Both the position numbers and the translations under genes were made by a program. A stretch of 63,073 nt of DNA, the filler included, from Folioceros fuciformis (lineage: Eukaryota), in NCBI GenBank assembly GCA_049999805.1. It is 8 parts of 8 records of this genome, joined end to end, with 100 filler letters (N's around TTAATTAATTAA, not from the genome) between each part and the next. Parts side by side here need not be neighbours in the genome. Positions count along the whole stretch, not along the records: positions 16,441 to 30,986 come from JBNGIO010004646.1; positions 31,087 to 44,074 come from JBNGIO010004653.1; 6 more parts are not named here. One strand, 5' to 3'. The notes below the pieces were generated by a model. That model did not search any database. It was given only the letters and a program-made list of their open reading frames with translations, and was not told where the DNA came from. How positions within the stretch are numbered: the first letter of the stretch is position 1; the number at the start of each line of letters is the position of its first letter. This document shows positions 26,828 to 39,926 of the stretch, piece after piece.

Positions 26828-29800
26828 TCAGACTGTGTAGGAGTGTTGAATAGTGTTGATGTCCAAATTCTTCAATCGGATAACAGATTCCACATGCCCC
26901 TTGAGGGTAAGTAGCTCCCGTAGCCTGGACCCATCATGCATACATCACAAGTTGGGCCTGTAAGAAATCTATTCCGAAGACACAGGAACTGCAAGAAAGG
27001 AAATTCACGAACCTGGCGATCTCGGCTCGCCTCTTCGCTTGCTCTGCTATGTCCGATAGTTCCTTGAAGGTGGTAAACCCTTCCGCACTTCCTTTGCTCT
27101 GTACCGGGTGAAGACCGTGAAGGGTCCGTTGGGCATGAGCCCACTGTGCTTCTCTGGCTTCCTTTCCGAAGTCCTTCTGACGGGTGAAGGCCGTCTGCAT
27201 CCACCACAAACCGGAATGTTAGATTTCAGATGGAAACTACTCTCCTGGTATGGCTGGTTAACACTGGTTGCTTCAGGACCTTTTGCTCCAACATGTAGTC
27301 CCAAGCTTTTCCGCTGAGAATGTAGCGGACAGCAAATTTGATGAAGTCAAGGGGCAAGTAGAAGACGATGCTGAACAGCCAAATCACTCCTGCCCATCCC
27401 CAGCCGATACCCTTGATGTCTGCAAACCCCCAGTTTGCATAGGCTGCAATCAATGTAGCAACCTGAACCAAGAAAACGGTTTGTCAGATCCCACCACCTC
27501 CATGGACACAATCCATCAGGGCAGACTTTTACTCACTAACTGGGCAAGAAGGAATGCAGTCACAAGGAGTAATCCAGGCCGCTCCAAAAATGAAAATCCC
27601 CTGGAGCGAGTGACAAAAATGAGCGCTTGGCTCACAATGCTAACTTGCAGATAAATTGCAGAGGTCTCTTCACCCTTTTTGAAACTGATAGAGCGGACAC
27701 CAAACTTGTCCTGGGAGACGTGCACTAGTCGGGTTAGTACAAGGACACAGACAAGATATAAACCTATCGAGTCAGTCATCGAAATGAACATAACCCCTTA
27801 CCGTGAAAAACTGCGTGTCGTGGATGAGCCAATAAAAGAGAACGGTGATGAGACCCATGTAGGTGCCCATACAGACTCCCGTGGCAAAAATCTCTTTCAA
27901 TTTCCAGCTGTCAGGTAGCGGAGAGGGTTTCACTCGATCCTTGGCAATGGTCATAATAGTACCTGTCACATGATATTGTCAATACTCTTCCATGTTGACA
28001 CCACCTTGCTAAGAACCAGAGCTGGGGCAGGGTTCTCACCGTCATTGAGGATAGCGATAATGAGGACCATAAACGGTGAAAAGTCAAATTTCCAGATCAA
28101 AGACAGGAGCATGAATCCAAGCTGAGACACCAAAACCGAACGCACCATTTAGTTACACGACAACCTGCAAGGCAGCTCCCATATAGCCAGTAACGTGAAA
28201 ACGTCAAAAGGGACCCCACAAGACATACTCACCACAATACGGATGGTGATGGAAACGGCATATATCTGCAATAGACAACAAAGGTGATGTCAGATGACGG
28301 ATGTCCAGAAGGGTCAGACATGACAACACATATCCGACGTTTCATGAATGAACAAGCGCTGTCCAAAACTTCATACAAGGGCAAACCCAAACAGCGCATT
28401 ACTAACTGGGACTCAAACCAAAGTCAGAATCCAGAGTACCGTGTAGTTCTTCATCCTCTGGAAAATTGCCCGACTTGTTAGTACAGCGCTGATGATGACA
28501 CTTAAGCCTGGCTCTGTGAGCACAATGTCGGATGCACCTCGAGCAGCATCAGTGGCATCTGCCACAGCAATCCCAATATCTGCTCTTTTCAAGGCAGGAG
28601 CATCGTTCACGCCATCACCAGTCATTCCACAGATATGTTTCTTCTCTTGCAAGCGTTTCACAATTTCGTATTTGTGCTCTGCAACGGATAGGGTATGTCA
28701 GAGGCTGAAGCCACAAAAAGAATACACACACGAGGGGGTACACAGTCAAATCTGGTCACCTGGAAACACCCCAGCGAACCCGTCCGCCTTCTCAATAAGG
28801 TCATCAACAGGTAACTCCGCAATTGCTTCGTCCTTCCTCCCACCACCAAGGAGAGAGGAGGATGGATACATGTTGATTCCCATACCCAAACGTCGCCCAG
28901 TCTCCTTTGCAATAGCTAGTTGATCACCTACAGGAAGGAATCGTTCAGTGTTGAAACAGGACGACACTGGGTCCACCTATGGAATTTCAAAACAGTCCTA
29001 ACTCAAAACTAGAAGCCAGTTGAGCTTGCAATTGCACAATCTGAGGTACCTGTGATCATCTTCACATTGACACCAAGATCTAGGGCTTTTCTTATAGTAT
29101 CCGCACTGTCATGGCGAGGTGGATCAAACAAGGGCATGAGACCCAGAAACTCCCACGAACTGCCAGGACTTTCCTTCGACTTGTCTGGGACTTCCTGCAG
29201 ACAGTGGACGTGTCAGATAACACATAAACCAAGCCAGAAGCCCGTGAAACCTGTCGTGAGTATCAACTGCACTTGCCTGTACGGCAACTCCAAGTGCCCG
29301 AAGACCACGGTCAGCGAAATTATCAATCACAGCGTGAACTCTTGAAGAAATTTCGTCCTTGTTGCTGGCCAGCTCCAAAATCTGGAAGTTGACAGAAATC
29401 TCAGACCTCGAGCAGTATGTATGCAGCCATAAAAAAAAAAAACTAAAACCTGCTCAGAGAGAAGATAAGCAACACCCAAGGTCTTTATGTTAGACCTGTT
29501 CTGGCGCCCCTTTACTTGCACGCCACCACTTGCCATCTTCCTCTATGTATGTGATCGCAGTTCTCTTCTCCACCGGATTGAAAGGAAGAAAGTGCACCTC
29601 TTGTATGTTTGCACGAGCCTAGGCACATAAAAGAATAGAATGGACAAGAATGATGGGTCTCATGTACTCATTGATGCGACTACCGGGTCGAATAGTGGGT
29701 GGGTACCAACCTCTTTAGGATCAGCCAACATGCTGACAATTGCGGCGTCAATGGCATCTTGATTTTCAACTCTCGAAGCCCTTGCGGCAAGCAGCACAAC

Positions 29801-30986
29801 CCGTTCCTTGTCACACGACTTTGAAAACACCTGCTTACAAAGCAAGGGTCACAACAATCAGAAGGGCAAAAGGAAGGCGACCCGAAATTACCGTTTCAAG
29901 TCAAGGGTCACTATTCACTTCACCTCGACAAGGTTTCTGTCAACGCTCAGCTTGTTCAGAGTAAGCGTTCCAGTCTTATCACTACAGAGCACATCCATTC
30001 CAGCCATCTCCTCAATCGCTGTCATGCGCTTGGTAATAGCCCCCTGTGTACTGATTCGCCATTAGAGTAGTTCATGGGAAAACGCGGGAATCAGTTTCCA
30101 AAGCAGCTTAACAACTTACTTGCTGAGAAAGTCTGTGAGAACCGATGGCCATGGTCACCGACAGGACAGTCGGCATTGCAATAGGAATGCCACCGATCAA
30201 GAGCACCAAAATATTGTTGACGCCATCCCTATACTGTCTATGCTGAATTGGGAACTTGACAATAATTTCGATGACTATGCCAATGAAGATGGATGCGATG
30301 CAGAAAGTTCCGATAGACCTGAGCACCTGAAGAAAAACAGACGTGTGATCAGAAGACCATTCGAGAGACATTGCCAACTGACAGACCCAAACGTGTCGTA
30401 GATACACAAGGACGACTGCCTGCATGAGCAAGTGCGCAACCTTTTGAAAATGGCCAACTTGATTCGTCGTATCCACTAGATGGGCAGCCTTCCCGAAGAA
30501 GGTGTGGACACCAGTTGCAATGACCACGGCTTCAATCTCGCCTTGCTTGCATGTTGATCCAGAATATACCTCGTCTCCTGGCTTTTTAGTGACTGGCAGG
30601 GACTCTCCGGTCAAAGAGGACTGCCAACCAGACGTAAACTGTGAAGAGTGCTTGCCCCGCAGGCACGTGCAGTCCAGGATAATCCTGAGGTAGGAAGCGT
30701 ATCAAACCTGATCGATTTTCAGAGGATCCCCCTCCAGAAGGCGAGCATCTGCAGGGACGATATCCCCAAGCTTGATGGAGATGATGTCTCCAGGCACGAG
30801 AATGGCGGCATCCACCTCCTTCCACTCTCCGTCCCGCAACACCTGCCATCAACAGTCGGCACAAGAATCCCATCGTTCAAGAAGGACAACTTACCTGAGG
30901 CCTGTTTCTTTTTGCAATTTCTCCAGAAACAGCAAGATGCAACGAATCGCATCCGAGGTACCTTCGCCTTTGGTGCCAGACGGGCC
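26828..30986 (-). CDS. AHA: Plasma-membrane P3A H+-ATPase, penultimate-Thr type; 5' part lost in an assembly gap
   Basis: [55 protein letters not shown], the C-terminal R domain and an IQHSYTV* terminus. The last visible exon, ARLAPKAK, abuts the spacer. Confidence 0.97.
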
Positions 30987-31086
30987 NNNNNNNNNNNNNN
31001 NNNNNNNNNNNNNNNNNNNNNNNNNNNNNNTTAATTAATTAANNNNNNNNNNNNNNNNNNNNNNNNNNNNNNNNNNNNNNNNNNNN

Positions 31087-31578
31087 CAATTCAGCCCATT
31101 AGTATCTTAGTACCTTGTTATTTGAGATGAGTTCACCAATTCAATCCATTAGTACCTTACTATTTGGGATGAGTCCAGCAATTCAGCCCATTAGCACCTT
31201 GTTATTTGGGATGTGTTCATTGCCACGCAACCTTAAATGTTTCAAAAGTTCACCAATTCAATCCATTAGTACTTTGCTATTTAGGATGAGTTCCTCAATT
31301 CAACCCATTACTACCTTGCTATTTAGGATGAGTCCCCCAATTCAACCCATTACTACCTTGCTATTTAGGATGTGTTTGTGACCCATTACTCCTTTGCTCT
31401 TCAAGATCTATTTGCAACCCGACCCATTACTACCTTGCTATTTGGGATGTGTTTGCGACTTGACCCATTACTACCTTGCTCTTTGCGATCCGTTACTTCC
31501 TTACTCTTTACGACCCGTTACTTCCTTGGTCTTTACGACCCGTTACTTCCTTGGTCTTTACGACCCGTTACTTCCTTG
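31087..31578. repeat. Tandem arrays: ~42-bp unit grading into a 25-bp unit
   Basis: CAATTCAACCCATTAC/GTACCTTGCTATTTAGGATGAGT units, followed by TTTACGACCCGTTACTTCCTTGGTC units. Confidence 0.85.
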
Positions 31579-32025
31579 NNNNNNNNNNNNNNNNNNNNNN
31601 NNNNNNNNNNNNNNNNNNNNNNNNNNNNNNNNNNNNNNNNNNNNNNNNNNNNNNNNNNNNNNNNNNNNNNNNNNNNNNATGTTTATTGTGTTCATTTGCT
31701 AACACAATTAGTTTAGGGCATAGCTACCTATCGGTAATGCTTTTCATGCATAACATATTAAGATGAACTTAGAATTATCGGTAATGCTCTTCATGCATAC
31801 AACATTTTAGGGGCTAGGCCCCAATGGCCCAATCACCTTTGGTAGATGGGTTCTTATCTTGCTTTTCATTATAGCAAGTTAATATGTCCGTACAAGAACT
31901 AGCTAAATATGCACATACGTATTTGCCCAAAATATATGTCATTGAATTAATAGTTAGTAGAGATAAGAGTTTTGCTTATATGTTTGGCTAGTCCATATTA
32001 ACTTACTAAATTAACACTTATTGCT

Positions 32026-32412
32026 ATATAAAGACTTGTGGTCCGTATTTTAGTACTATATTGGTGTTGTCTTCATAGATTATAGAGACTTGTGTTCCAT
32101 ATTTTAGTACTATATTGGTATTGTCTTCATAGATTATAAAGACTTGTGTTCCATATTTTAGTACTATATTGGTGTTGTCTTCATAGTTTATAGAGATTTG
32201 TGGTCCATATTCTAGTACTATATTGGTGTTGTCTTCATAGACTATATAAGAAGCTCCATGTAGATCTAGACTTTTGTGGAGTAGATCTCTATATCTCTAC
32301 GAAAGTATTTTGTATCTCTATATCTCTACGANNNNNNNNNNATCTCTATATCTCTACGAAAGTATTTTGTATCTCTATATCTCTACGAAAGTATTTTGTA
32401 TCTCTATATCTC
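32026..32412. repeat. Tandem arrays: 54-bp unit x4 and 29-bp unit x~4
   Basis: AGACTTGTGTTCCATATTTTAGTACTATATTGGTGTTGTCTTCATAGATTAT.. with period 54, then ATCTCTATATCTCTACGAAAGTATTTTGT. Confidence 0.88.
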
Positions 32413-32684
32413 TTAGCTCTCTATTCTCTGCAACTGCATCTCTTTGTACTATTACCATTTCTCTACAAAGCTTAAAAACAAAGTAGACGAATTTTTTTTC
32501 AACCTTAATATATGTGAAACAAGGAAATTATCTCAACCTAAGTTCAAGGTGGATGAAGGTAGAAATATGTATTAATATCTTCCTTTCGATAATCTTTTTT
32601 ATTAAAAGAATAGAACATTGAAGAATAGCTAAAAGGAATCTATATATGTGAGACACGTTAGTATTATTTTCAATCGTAAACATC

Positions 32685-33761
32685 ATGAAGATCATATTGG
32701 GCAAATTTGTGTTCCTACACACACTTGGAAAAGGAAGGTTTAGCACTGTCATTGCTGCAAAACATATTGAAACTGGGGACTTAGTAGCAATTAAGATGTT
32801 GGACAAGGAGATGGTTCGCACAGACATGAGATTCGAGCTACTTAAACGAGAGATTTGTATCATGGCACAATTGAAGCATCCGAACATTGTAAGGTTGTTG
32901 GAGGTGATTGAGACACAAACCCATTTTTGTTTGGTAATGGAGCATCTTGATCAAGATGGTTGCTTGATTGATAAAATATACGATTTCTCTGAAAGTGAAG
33001 TAAGGGGATATTTCCAACAACTCATCAGTGCCGTGCACTCGTGCCACAACAGAGGTATCTATCATAGGGATATCAAGATGGACAACTTAATGTTAGATAT
33101 AAAAGGGCATTTAAAATTAGGAGATTTTGGCTTAAGTGCTATGTTGGAGCTTGTAAAGGAAGACAGACTATTTCACACATTTTGTGGAACTGTAGAATAC
33201 CTTTCTCCAGAAGTGTTGAATAAGCAACCATACAACGGAGCAGCTCTAGACCTTTGGGCATGTGGCGTGGTCCTTTATATTCTACTAGTTAAAAGTTTTC
33301 CATTCCATGAAGAGAATGACTACCTCACATACATGAAGATACGAAATGTGGAATACAATTTCCCTCTTGGATTATTGCCAGGAGCTAGCAACTTGATTCA
33401 AAGATTGCTAGTATATAACCCTATGGAGTGAATGACTACAGCTCAAATTTTGGAAGATGAGTGGTTCAAACAAGACTACGTTGCTCTTGACTACGATCAG
33501 CCAACAGAACATCTCACATTGTTTGACTTCCATAAGGCTCCATTTTTTCAAGCTCGCCTTTCAGAGAAAACAAGCATACTAAATCATGGCATGCTCCAAA
33601 TCCAAACAAACTCACATTCCAAGCCTTTCAATTCTACTTTGTTAGCCACTGTTCAACAATCTATAAAAAAATGTAGACCCACTACTAAACAATTTGGTCT
33701 CACTACCAAAACAAAATTGCAAAAGCTTGTTAAGAATGTATGTCAATGGTCTAAACATTGA
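32685..33761 (+). pseudogene. Intronless CIPK/SnRK-like Ser/Thr kinase with a premature stop
   Basis: GKGRFSTV, VAIK, HRDIKMDN, DFGLSA, FHTFCGTVEYLSPE, DLWACGV. TGA at 33429-33431 replaces the conserved subdomain XI Arg (NPME*MTTAQILEDEWF). No NAF motif is seen. Confidence 0.8.
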
Positions 33762-34279
33762 TGGAACTGAAAGTACATTCCTTGACAATCAAATGTTTTC
33801 ACAATTCTTCACGTATATGAAGAACAAGAAGGATTAAATGCTGAAGGACCATTTAATAAGGTAAACAACGAAGGGCCTGAGATTTTTATTCTTTGTGCCA
33901 TAGACTGAAATAAGGCCCACCTCATTCATAACTTTGGTAGCAAAGGACAAGAAGGAAAAGAAAAAGGGCTTACCTGCATTATAAGGGTATTAGTCACTTG
34001 TTCCAAAAACACAGTTAATAGGTTTAGTCACTTGTTCGGACAAGATAGTTATTAGTTTTAGTCATTTGTTCTGAAAAGATAATTTAAAAAGACCTTTGCA
34101 CTTAGCTACTTAGTTAATTTATTTTAGTATTTTAAATTTAACTTCTTTATTTTATTTTATAATTTATTTTATACTTAATGTGTAATTTTAATGTACAATG
34201 CTCCTAAAAATTGTTAACTGCAAAGGAAGGACTATAGTATATGAAGAAAGGGTTCCACAAGTTGCCAACATATTGATAG

Positions 34280-34620
34280 ATAAGACAAAGGCAACCTAGT
34301 GAGAAGAATTTTAGACAAAACAAGAGGGAATCGCCATTATTATGGAACACAACATCAGACTTATTGTTATGAACTTGTAGAAGTGGTATGGTAAAGAATT
34401 TGCAAGGTCACCACACCTCCTCTTCATATAGCTAATGAGGAAATTTTGGAGGAAGCTTTATAATGTGACGGCCCAATGAGGGACATGTACTTGAGTGCCT
34501 ATCAAACTATCGTAAGATGTGAGGAAGAGGCATAGTGGCTAAATGGAGATATAATGGAAATACAAAAGCGAATGTTCATTGCAACTCCTTGTGAGAGACA
34601 CATGCACAACATTGCATTAC
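34280..34620 (+). mobile_element. Degenerate copy of the transposon-like ORF at 39047-39898
   Basis: ANEEILEEAL..DMYLSAYQTI..NGDIMEIQKRMFIATPC matches ANEAFVEEAL..DMYLGVYQPI..KGDVQDIKNGMFIAVPC on the minus strand at ~39.5 kb. Confidence 0.55.
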
Positions 34621-34826
34621 ACTTAGCAAAGGATTTAACGCCCTAAACATGAAAGGAGGTTAAGAACTTAAAGGAGGTTTTCACCAAAATAAAAAGTGAA
34701 GGAGGTTGTACAAGGGTTGTCAATGCATCCTAACAACCATTTGACTAGAGCTTGATAAAATTGTTGGGTCTACCATGAGCACAATTATGCAAATGATCAA
34801 GAATGTAGTGCATGTGAAGGGGATGA

Positions 34827-37800
34827 TGTTACGGAATGGATAATCTACTCATAACCCTGCTGACCAGCTAGTTACCGTAGACAATAATTAATAGTATTTA
34901 ATAATTACGAGAACGGGTGTGCCTCTCTTCGGAAGAGACACCTAGTGACACTATTTAAGACACACTTTGTATATATCTTCTATAGATTAAAACATGAAAT
35001 ATCTTTATGAGCATTGCGTCTTGATCATGCTAGACTAGATGCAATCCTAATCATGCTAGATTAGATGCAATCCTACTNNNNNNNNNNTAGACTAGATGCA
35101 ATCCTAATCATGCTAGATTAGATGCAATCCTACTGCTAGGATTTTCACATGGTATTAGAGCCATGATCCGCCATGGACTTGCTTGCCATCTCTTCTTTGC
35201 TTCTATTAATAAAGAGCAAAGTAGATAGCATATCATATTAGATTTGTAGTGTTTTGGAAGAATATGATGGGCCCCAATGGTCCTAAACTACGTTCTTAGA
35301 AATCATTAGAAAATATGGAAGAGAATTCACTTCACAAGATCATTGAGGGTTTTTAAGAATTCAAGATATGAGTCTTAGGTGATTGTGCATATTCTACATT
35401 TAGAAAGAAGAGTTTCTAGAGAGCACGACGGGCTGCAAGAGCTTTGGATGTGTATCTTGTTTTAAAAGAACAAAAAAAAAAAGGAAAAAAAAAGACCTCT
35501 ATTAAACCATGAGAACCCCATGTCAGGCTCCCCATCCAAGTATTGATCCATGGATTGGGCGCTTAATTATGGAATTTTGATGGAGTTAGTGCATTGGCCC
35601 TTAAAAGCCTCATACAAGCAGATAGGCAACCACGGTTTTATCATATACATTCTCATGGAGAAGAAGAAGAAGGAGGATCTTTGGGCACACCGATCGGAGG
35701 CGCTGATGCCCGTTCACAGCGATTTGAGGCCAGGGCTGGTCGCACCTACAAAGCGCCCTTCCTCTGCTAAGATCTAGGCGCCTCAACTCACGAGAATTTG
35801 CTGATTGGAGCCTAATTGGGGAAGAGGGGGATTGGAGCTCAATTGATCTTAGTATCTCTAAGCTGGCTCAATTTCCCCCAATATGCAAGCGTGTAGTAGG
35901 AGCGGCCTCTCAAGGAGACGCTTGGCCCAGATCTCGCCTTCCCTTTCCTTACAACGCCTTCAATTTCCAACTTGCAATTTTGCGAGGTGCTACTTTCGTG
36001 CTCCTTTCTCATGCAATCTTTCAATATTTTGAGAGCGCGACGGCCTGGCCTAGAAGCTCTAGGCTCGCGCAGCAGTGGAGCTCCTCTTGTGGTGCCAGAT
36101 GGTTAAAATCTCTTGAGGATATGGCACTGAGGTGGTCAGATTCCATACCCATCCCAACGGAGGCAAGTTGGTAAGGGGGAGGAGGAGGGGCACCTCAAAA
36201 CGGTGCCACCCAAAACGACGCGACGTTTCAAAACTCCCCTTCCCTAAATAAACCATTTGCCTTCATACTAATGTTTTTACAAAACATCTTTTGATGATTT
36301 CACTTATCTTGCATTTAATTAAGGCCCGTGGAAATCTCGATTCCAGCAAGTTGACACAGGCTCTGCTATAATTTCAAGGCACATTGGTCTTCACATGTGA
36401 AGAGAAACCTACAATGTCAGAGAAATTATTCCTTCTTCCTGACTAAAGATAATTACAACGAGCTATGTGTGCTGGAGGTTCAAGTCTACAAGACCAAAAG
36501 TGTTGGGAGGGAGCAGATCAGATCGGGGCAAGGCACTCCGTGGGCTGCCGTCCCAGCCCTGGTGAGGATTGAGGCTTGGCAAACATCAGTGTTTGGTGGA
36601 CCTAGTCTTTCGCCTTCGTCGTATAGCGAAATTGGAGGTGGATAGCTTGCAAATTCCTGACTAGTCAGACACTGAGTGGTCCTGAGCACCTGAGTTTATG
36701 ACCACAACCTACAGGAAGGTTGTGGACCAGCTTATACAGCACTTCAACTCGCTTTCAATTAACTCTCCGGCTGCCATGGCTAGTACTTCGTCCACCGGCT
36801 CGATTCCCGTCTTCACCTACCTTATTAAAGAGAAAGACCGATTCAACGGCCAACACTACCCTGTGTGGCGCGTTCAGATGAAGTCGATCCTTATTGGCCG
36901 AGGCGTTTGGAAGATTGTCGACGGCACCCTTCCAAAGCCCGACCATTTTGCTACTCCACCCCCGCCAATCGTTGTTGTTGAGAGATGGGACTATTTGAAC
37001 GGGATCGCAATTGCTCTCCTCATCAACAGACTTGATTCGAGTTTGGTGCCCAGCGTGGAGTTCCTCATGAAGGCCTCTGCAATCTGGGACCAGCTATCGA
37101 TCACATACAATGTTAACAACGTTCCAACCTTGTATAGTGTAAGGCAAGAATTCAACTCCTTAAGGATGAAGGAGACAGATACGATCTTTGCTCACACATT
37201 GAAGTTCGGATAGCTGCGAGGGCAGCTCACCTCCCTTGGCTCAACCATGTCGGAGACCGATGCCGCTGCACAGTTGCTAATGAGCTTACCACGTCTTACC
37301 AAAATTTCGTGACCAGCCTGATGTTGGTATCAACTCTTGGTAAGTCAGGTACACCCTCCACCCTTACAGTGGAGGACATTATCAGCGCTCTATATCAGCT
37401 GGAGCAGAGCCGCCTTAGCTGTGCAAGAGGGTTCAAACCCGAGGCAGACAGGGTGTTTTCCACCCGCTTCAAGCCCGGGAGGAATTCAAAGGGCAAGGCG
37501 AACTTCACTTCTAAAGGTGACTCAACCTCTACCCCTCCTCGCCGAGCTGGAAATTGCAATTGGTGCGGAGTTGCCGGTCATTGGGCACGAGAGTGCCGCA
37601 AGAAAGAGGCCGGAGAGCCGTAGAAGGCTGACCTGTGACAGGTAGCCAGTATTGCAGTTAAGGGGAAAGCCAGCATAGTGGAGACAAAAACCGTAAAGAT
37701 ACTTATGGTTTGCCTCAACACCCAATTGCATCAGGATGCGGGGTGGTATCTCGACAGTGAAGCCACCGCCCACATATGCAACGATCGTACTCTATTCACC

Positions 37801-38405
37801 AAGCTGGATACTCGTCCTCTCAAGGAAAGGGTGTTACTCGGTGACGAACAGAGTAGATCCAACCTGCCAATCATGGGACAAGACACTTGCAAATTTCCCC
37901 TCGAGGATGGTTCGGTGCTTACCTTGGATCTTGTGCTCCTAGTCCCACAGATGGCCAAGAACCTAGTCTCAGCTGCTGAAGCAAGGCGATCTTAAGATGC
38001 TTGTTCAAGGGGGTCATGCTACTTTTTCAGGACCACTTCTGTGCTGTGGCTCAAGATGGCATGTACAGGCTCCCATTAGCCTTTAGAGGGAACGCATCAA
38101 AGAGGAGCGTCGTGCTCCATGGGAGATAGCCTCCACCACTAGTCATGGTACGTTCAGCTTAAGAGGGAGTGTTACGAAATGGATAATCTGCCCGTAACCC
38201 TGTTGATCAGCTAGTTACCGTAAACCGTAATTAATAGTATTTAATAATTACGAACGGGTGTGCCTCTTCAGAAGAGACACCCAATGACATTATTTAAGAC
38301 ACACTTTGTATACATCTTCTGCAGATTAAAACACGAAATATCTTTCGGAGCATTGTGTCTTGATCATGCTAGACTAGATGCAGTCCTACTGCTAGGATTT
38401 TCACA
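34827..38405 (+). mobile_element. Internally deleted Ty1/Copia element with both LTRs
   Basis: 5' LTR 34827-35149 and 3' LTR 38170-38405 (TGTTACG...TTTTCACA). Primer-binding site (PBS) TGGTATTAGAGCC at 35150; polypurine tract (PPT) AAGAGGGAG; TSD GATGA/AATGA. Gag (FNGQHYPVW), Zn knuckle CNWCGVAGHWAREC and protease WYLDSEATAHIC are present; INT/RT/RH are absent. Confidence 0.92.
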
Positions 38406-39046
38406 AATGATTCACTGTCCAAGGGTCTATATGTACTAATCTTTGAACCGAGTGTTTACACCATCATGGAAGGAATAGTTGTCTCTCAATTTTATAATGG
38501 CTGATAGAATCAGCACAAGAACGGTCTGGGTTTAGCCAATGTGTAGTGTATTTCCTATCATGCCCATTGCTATGTGTTTGAAGTGGTCAATGTAAGAGCC
38601 AGGCATATTCCACAACAACCAAGACGTCCATAACAAGACATTGGGTGCCGGCCAGCCAGTGCCACATCTTTCAATCATGTTCGTTTGTGCTCGTACCATG
38701 TTCATGCCACAGAATCACAGGTCATGCACTTAAATCACGTGTTCTGCAAATGGTTTCGCATTGGGACGTTTGTTCAAAATGGAAAGCAAATGCCACGCAT
38801 GGACTTTGGCACTAGCATGCCAGATCTTGTATCCACCACTAATATTCGTGATCAGAGCATTCATCCAACACAAGTATACCAAAACACGAGAAATATAATG
38901 TCTTACAAAGGTTCATTAACACAAGAAAGGGAGTACAACAATTTAATTGCATAACTCAAACCATATACCACTTGTTCAACAGAAGACCATCTACAGACAC
39001 ATGACCATAGCCCCATGACCATAGCCCCGTTTCATTGCTTGTAGTT

Positions 39047-39898
39047 CTACTCATCATCCACATTAGCACCTCGATCGTCTTGTGCATCAAAGTCATGTAC
39101 GTTGTTGTCAGTAATCTCTTGTCCACTTTGTCTTACTGGTTGAATGAACCCATTGAGTTCATTTAGCTTACATTTGATGTCTTTCCTATCCATTGCATGC
39201 AACTGTTTCCTCGAATTTAGGATGAATCCATAATACGAAATCATAGTTTTGTTCACGAACACCTCTTGCACATTCTTTGGGTAACTACGGGTTCCTCCCT
39301 TTTTCCTGCTAGGCCCTCCTCCATGCTTGTAAGTGGTATGAATTATATATTCTTCAACATACCTACCCTTAAATACGTCAGTATGCTCCGTCCTAACCCA
39401 TTGAATGATTAGAATGGGTTCTGATACCCTTTCCTTGACTTCCAACACCTTCCCAATCCAAAATTACCGATTGTGAGTGTCTGTTGTGCATGGGACAGCA
39501 ATGAACATTCCATTCTTGATGTCTTGCACGTCTCCTTTATATGGCTTCATTTCCTCCTCTTGCTGCCGAATTGGCTGATACACCCCTAGATACATATCTC
39601 ACTGGGGAAGTTCTTGTAGCAAGGCCTCCTCCACGAATGCTTCATTTGCAACATTCGTAGGTGTGACCATTCCTTCATCCACAAATCGAGTAAACCACTT
39701 CCAAGGAGTCTATAATGTCATTCCAATATTTTGTTCCACAATGACGGCTATTTCCTCCTCTTGATTCTTCCAAAATTCCTCCCACCACTCGTAGCCACTG
39801 ATTGTGACATACGAATGAAGTTCTACCAACCCCATTTTCAAGTGTGCCACTCCTTCTTCAGTACGGCATAGAGATTGCCAATTGTAGGATTTTGACAT
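39047..39898 (-). mobile_element. C-terminal remnant of an unclassified transposase-like ORF
   Basis: Interrupted frame: YEWWEEFWKNQ..MFIAVPC..*FWIGKVLEV..ILIIQWVR..YGFILNSRKQL. It has internal stops and a second decayed copy nearby. Transposon identity is inference. Confidence 0.45.
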
Positions 39899-39926
39899 GT
39901 GGATCCACCCTCCTTGCTGGTTGCAG

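Noticed and set aside
33429..33431. TGA repaired to CGA by U-to-C editing
   Set aside because: Such editing is known for organellar transcripts. This is nuclear sequence, and CpG deamination explains the stop.
35026..35133. 26-bp duplications inside the 5' LTR
   Set aside because: They flank a short N run and are absent from the 3' LTR, so they are at least partly an assembly artefact.
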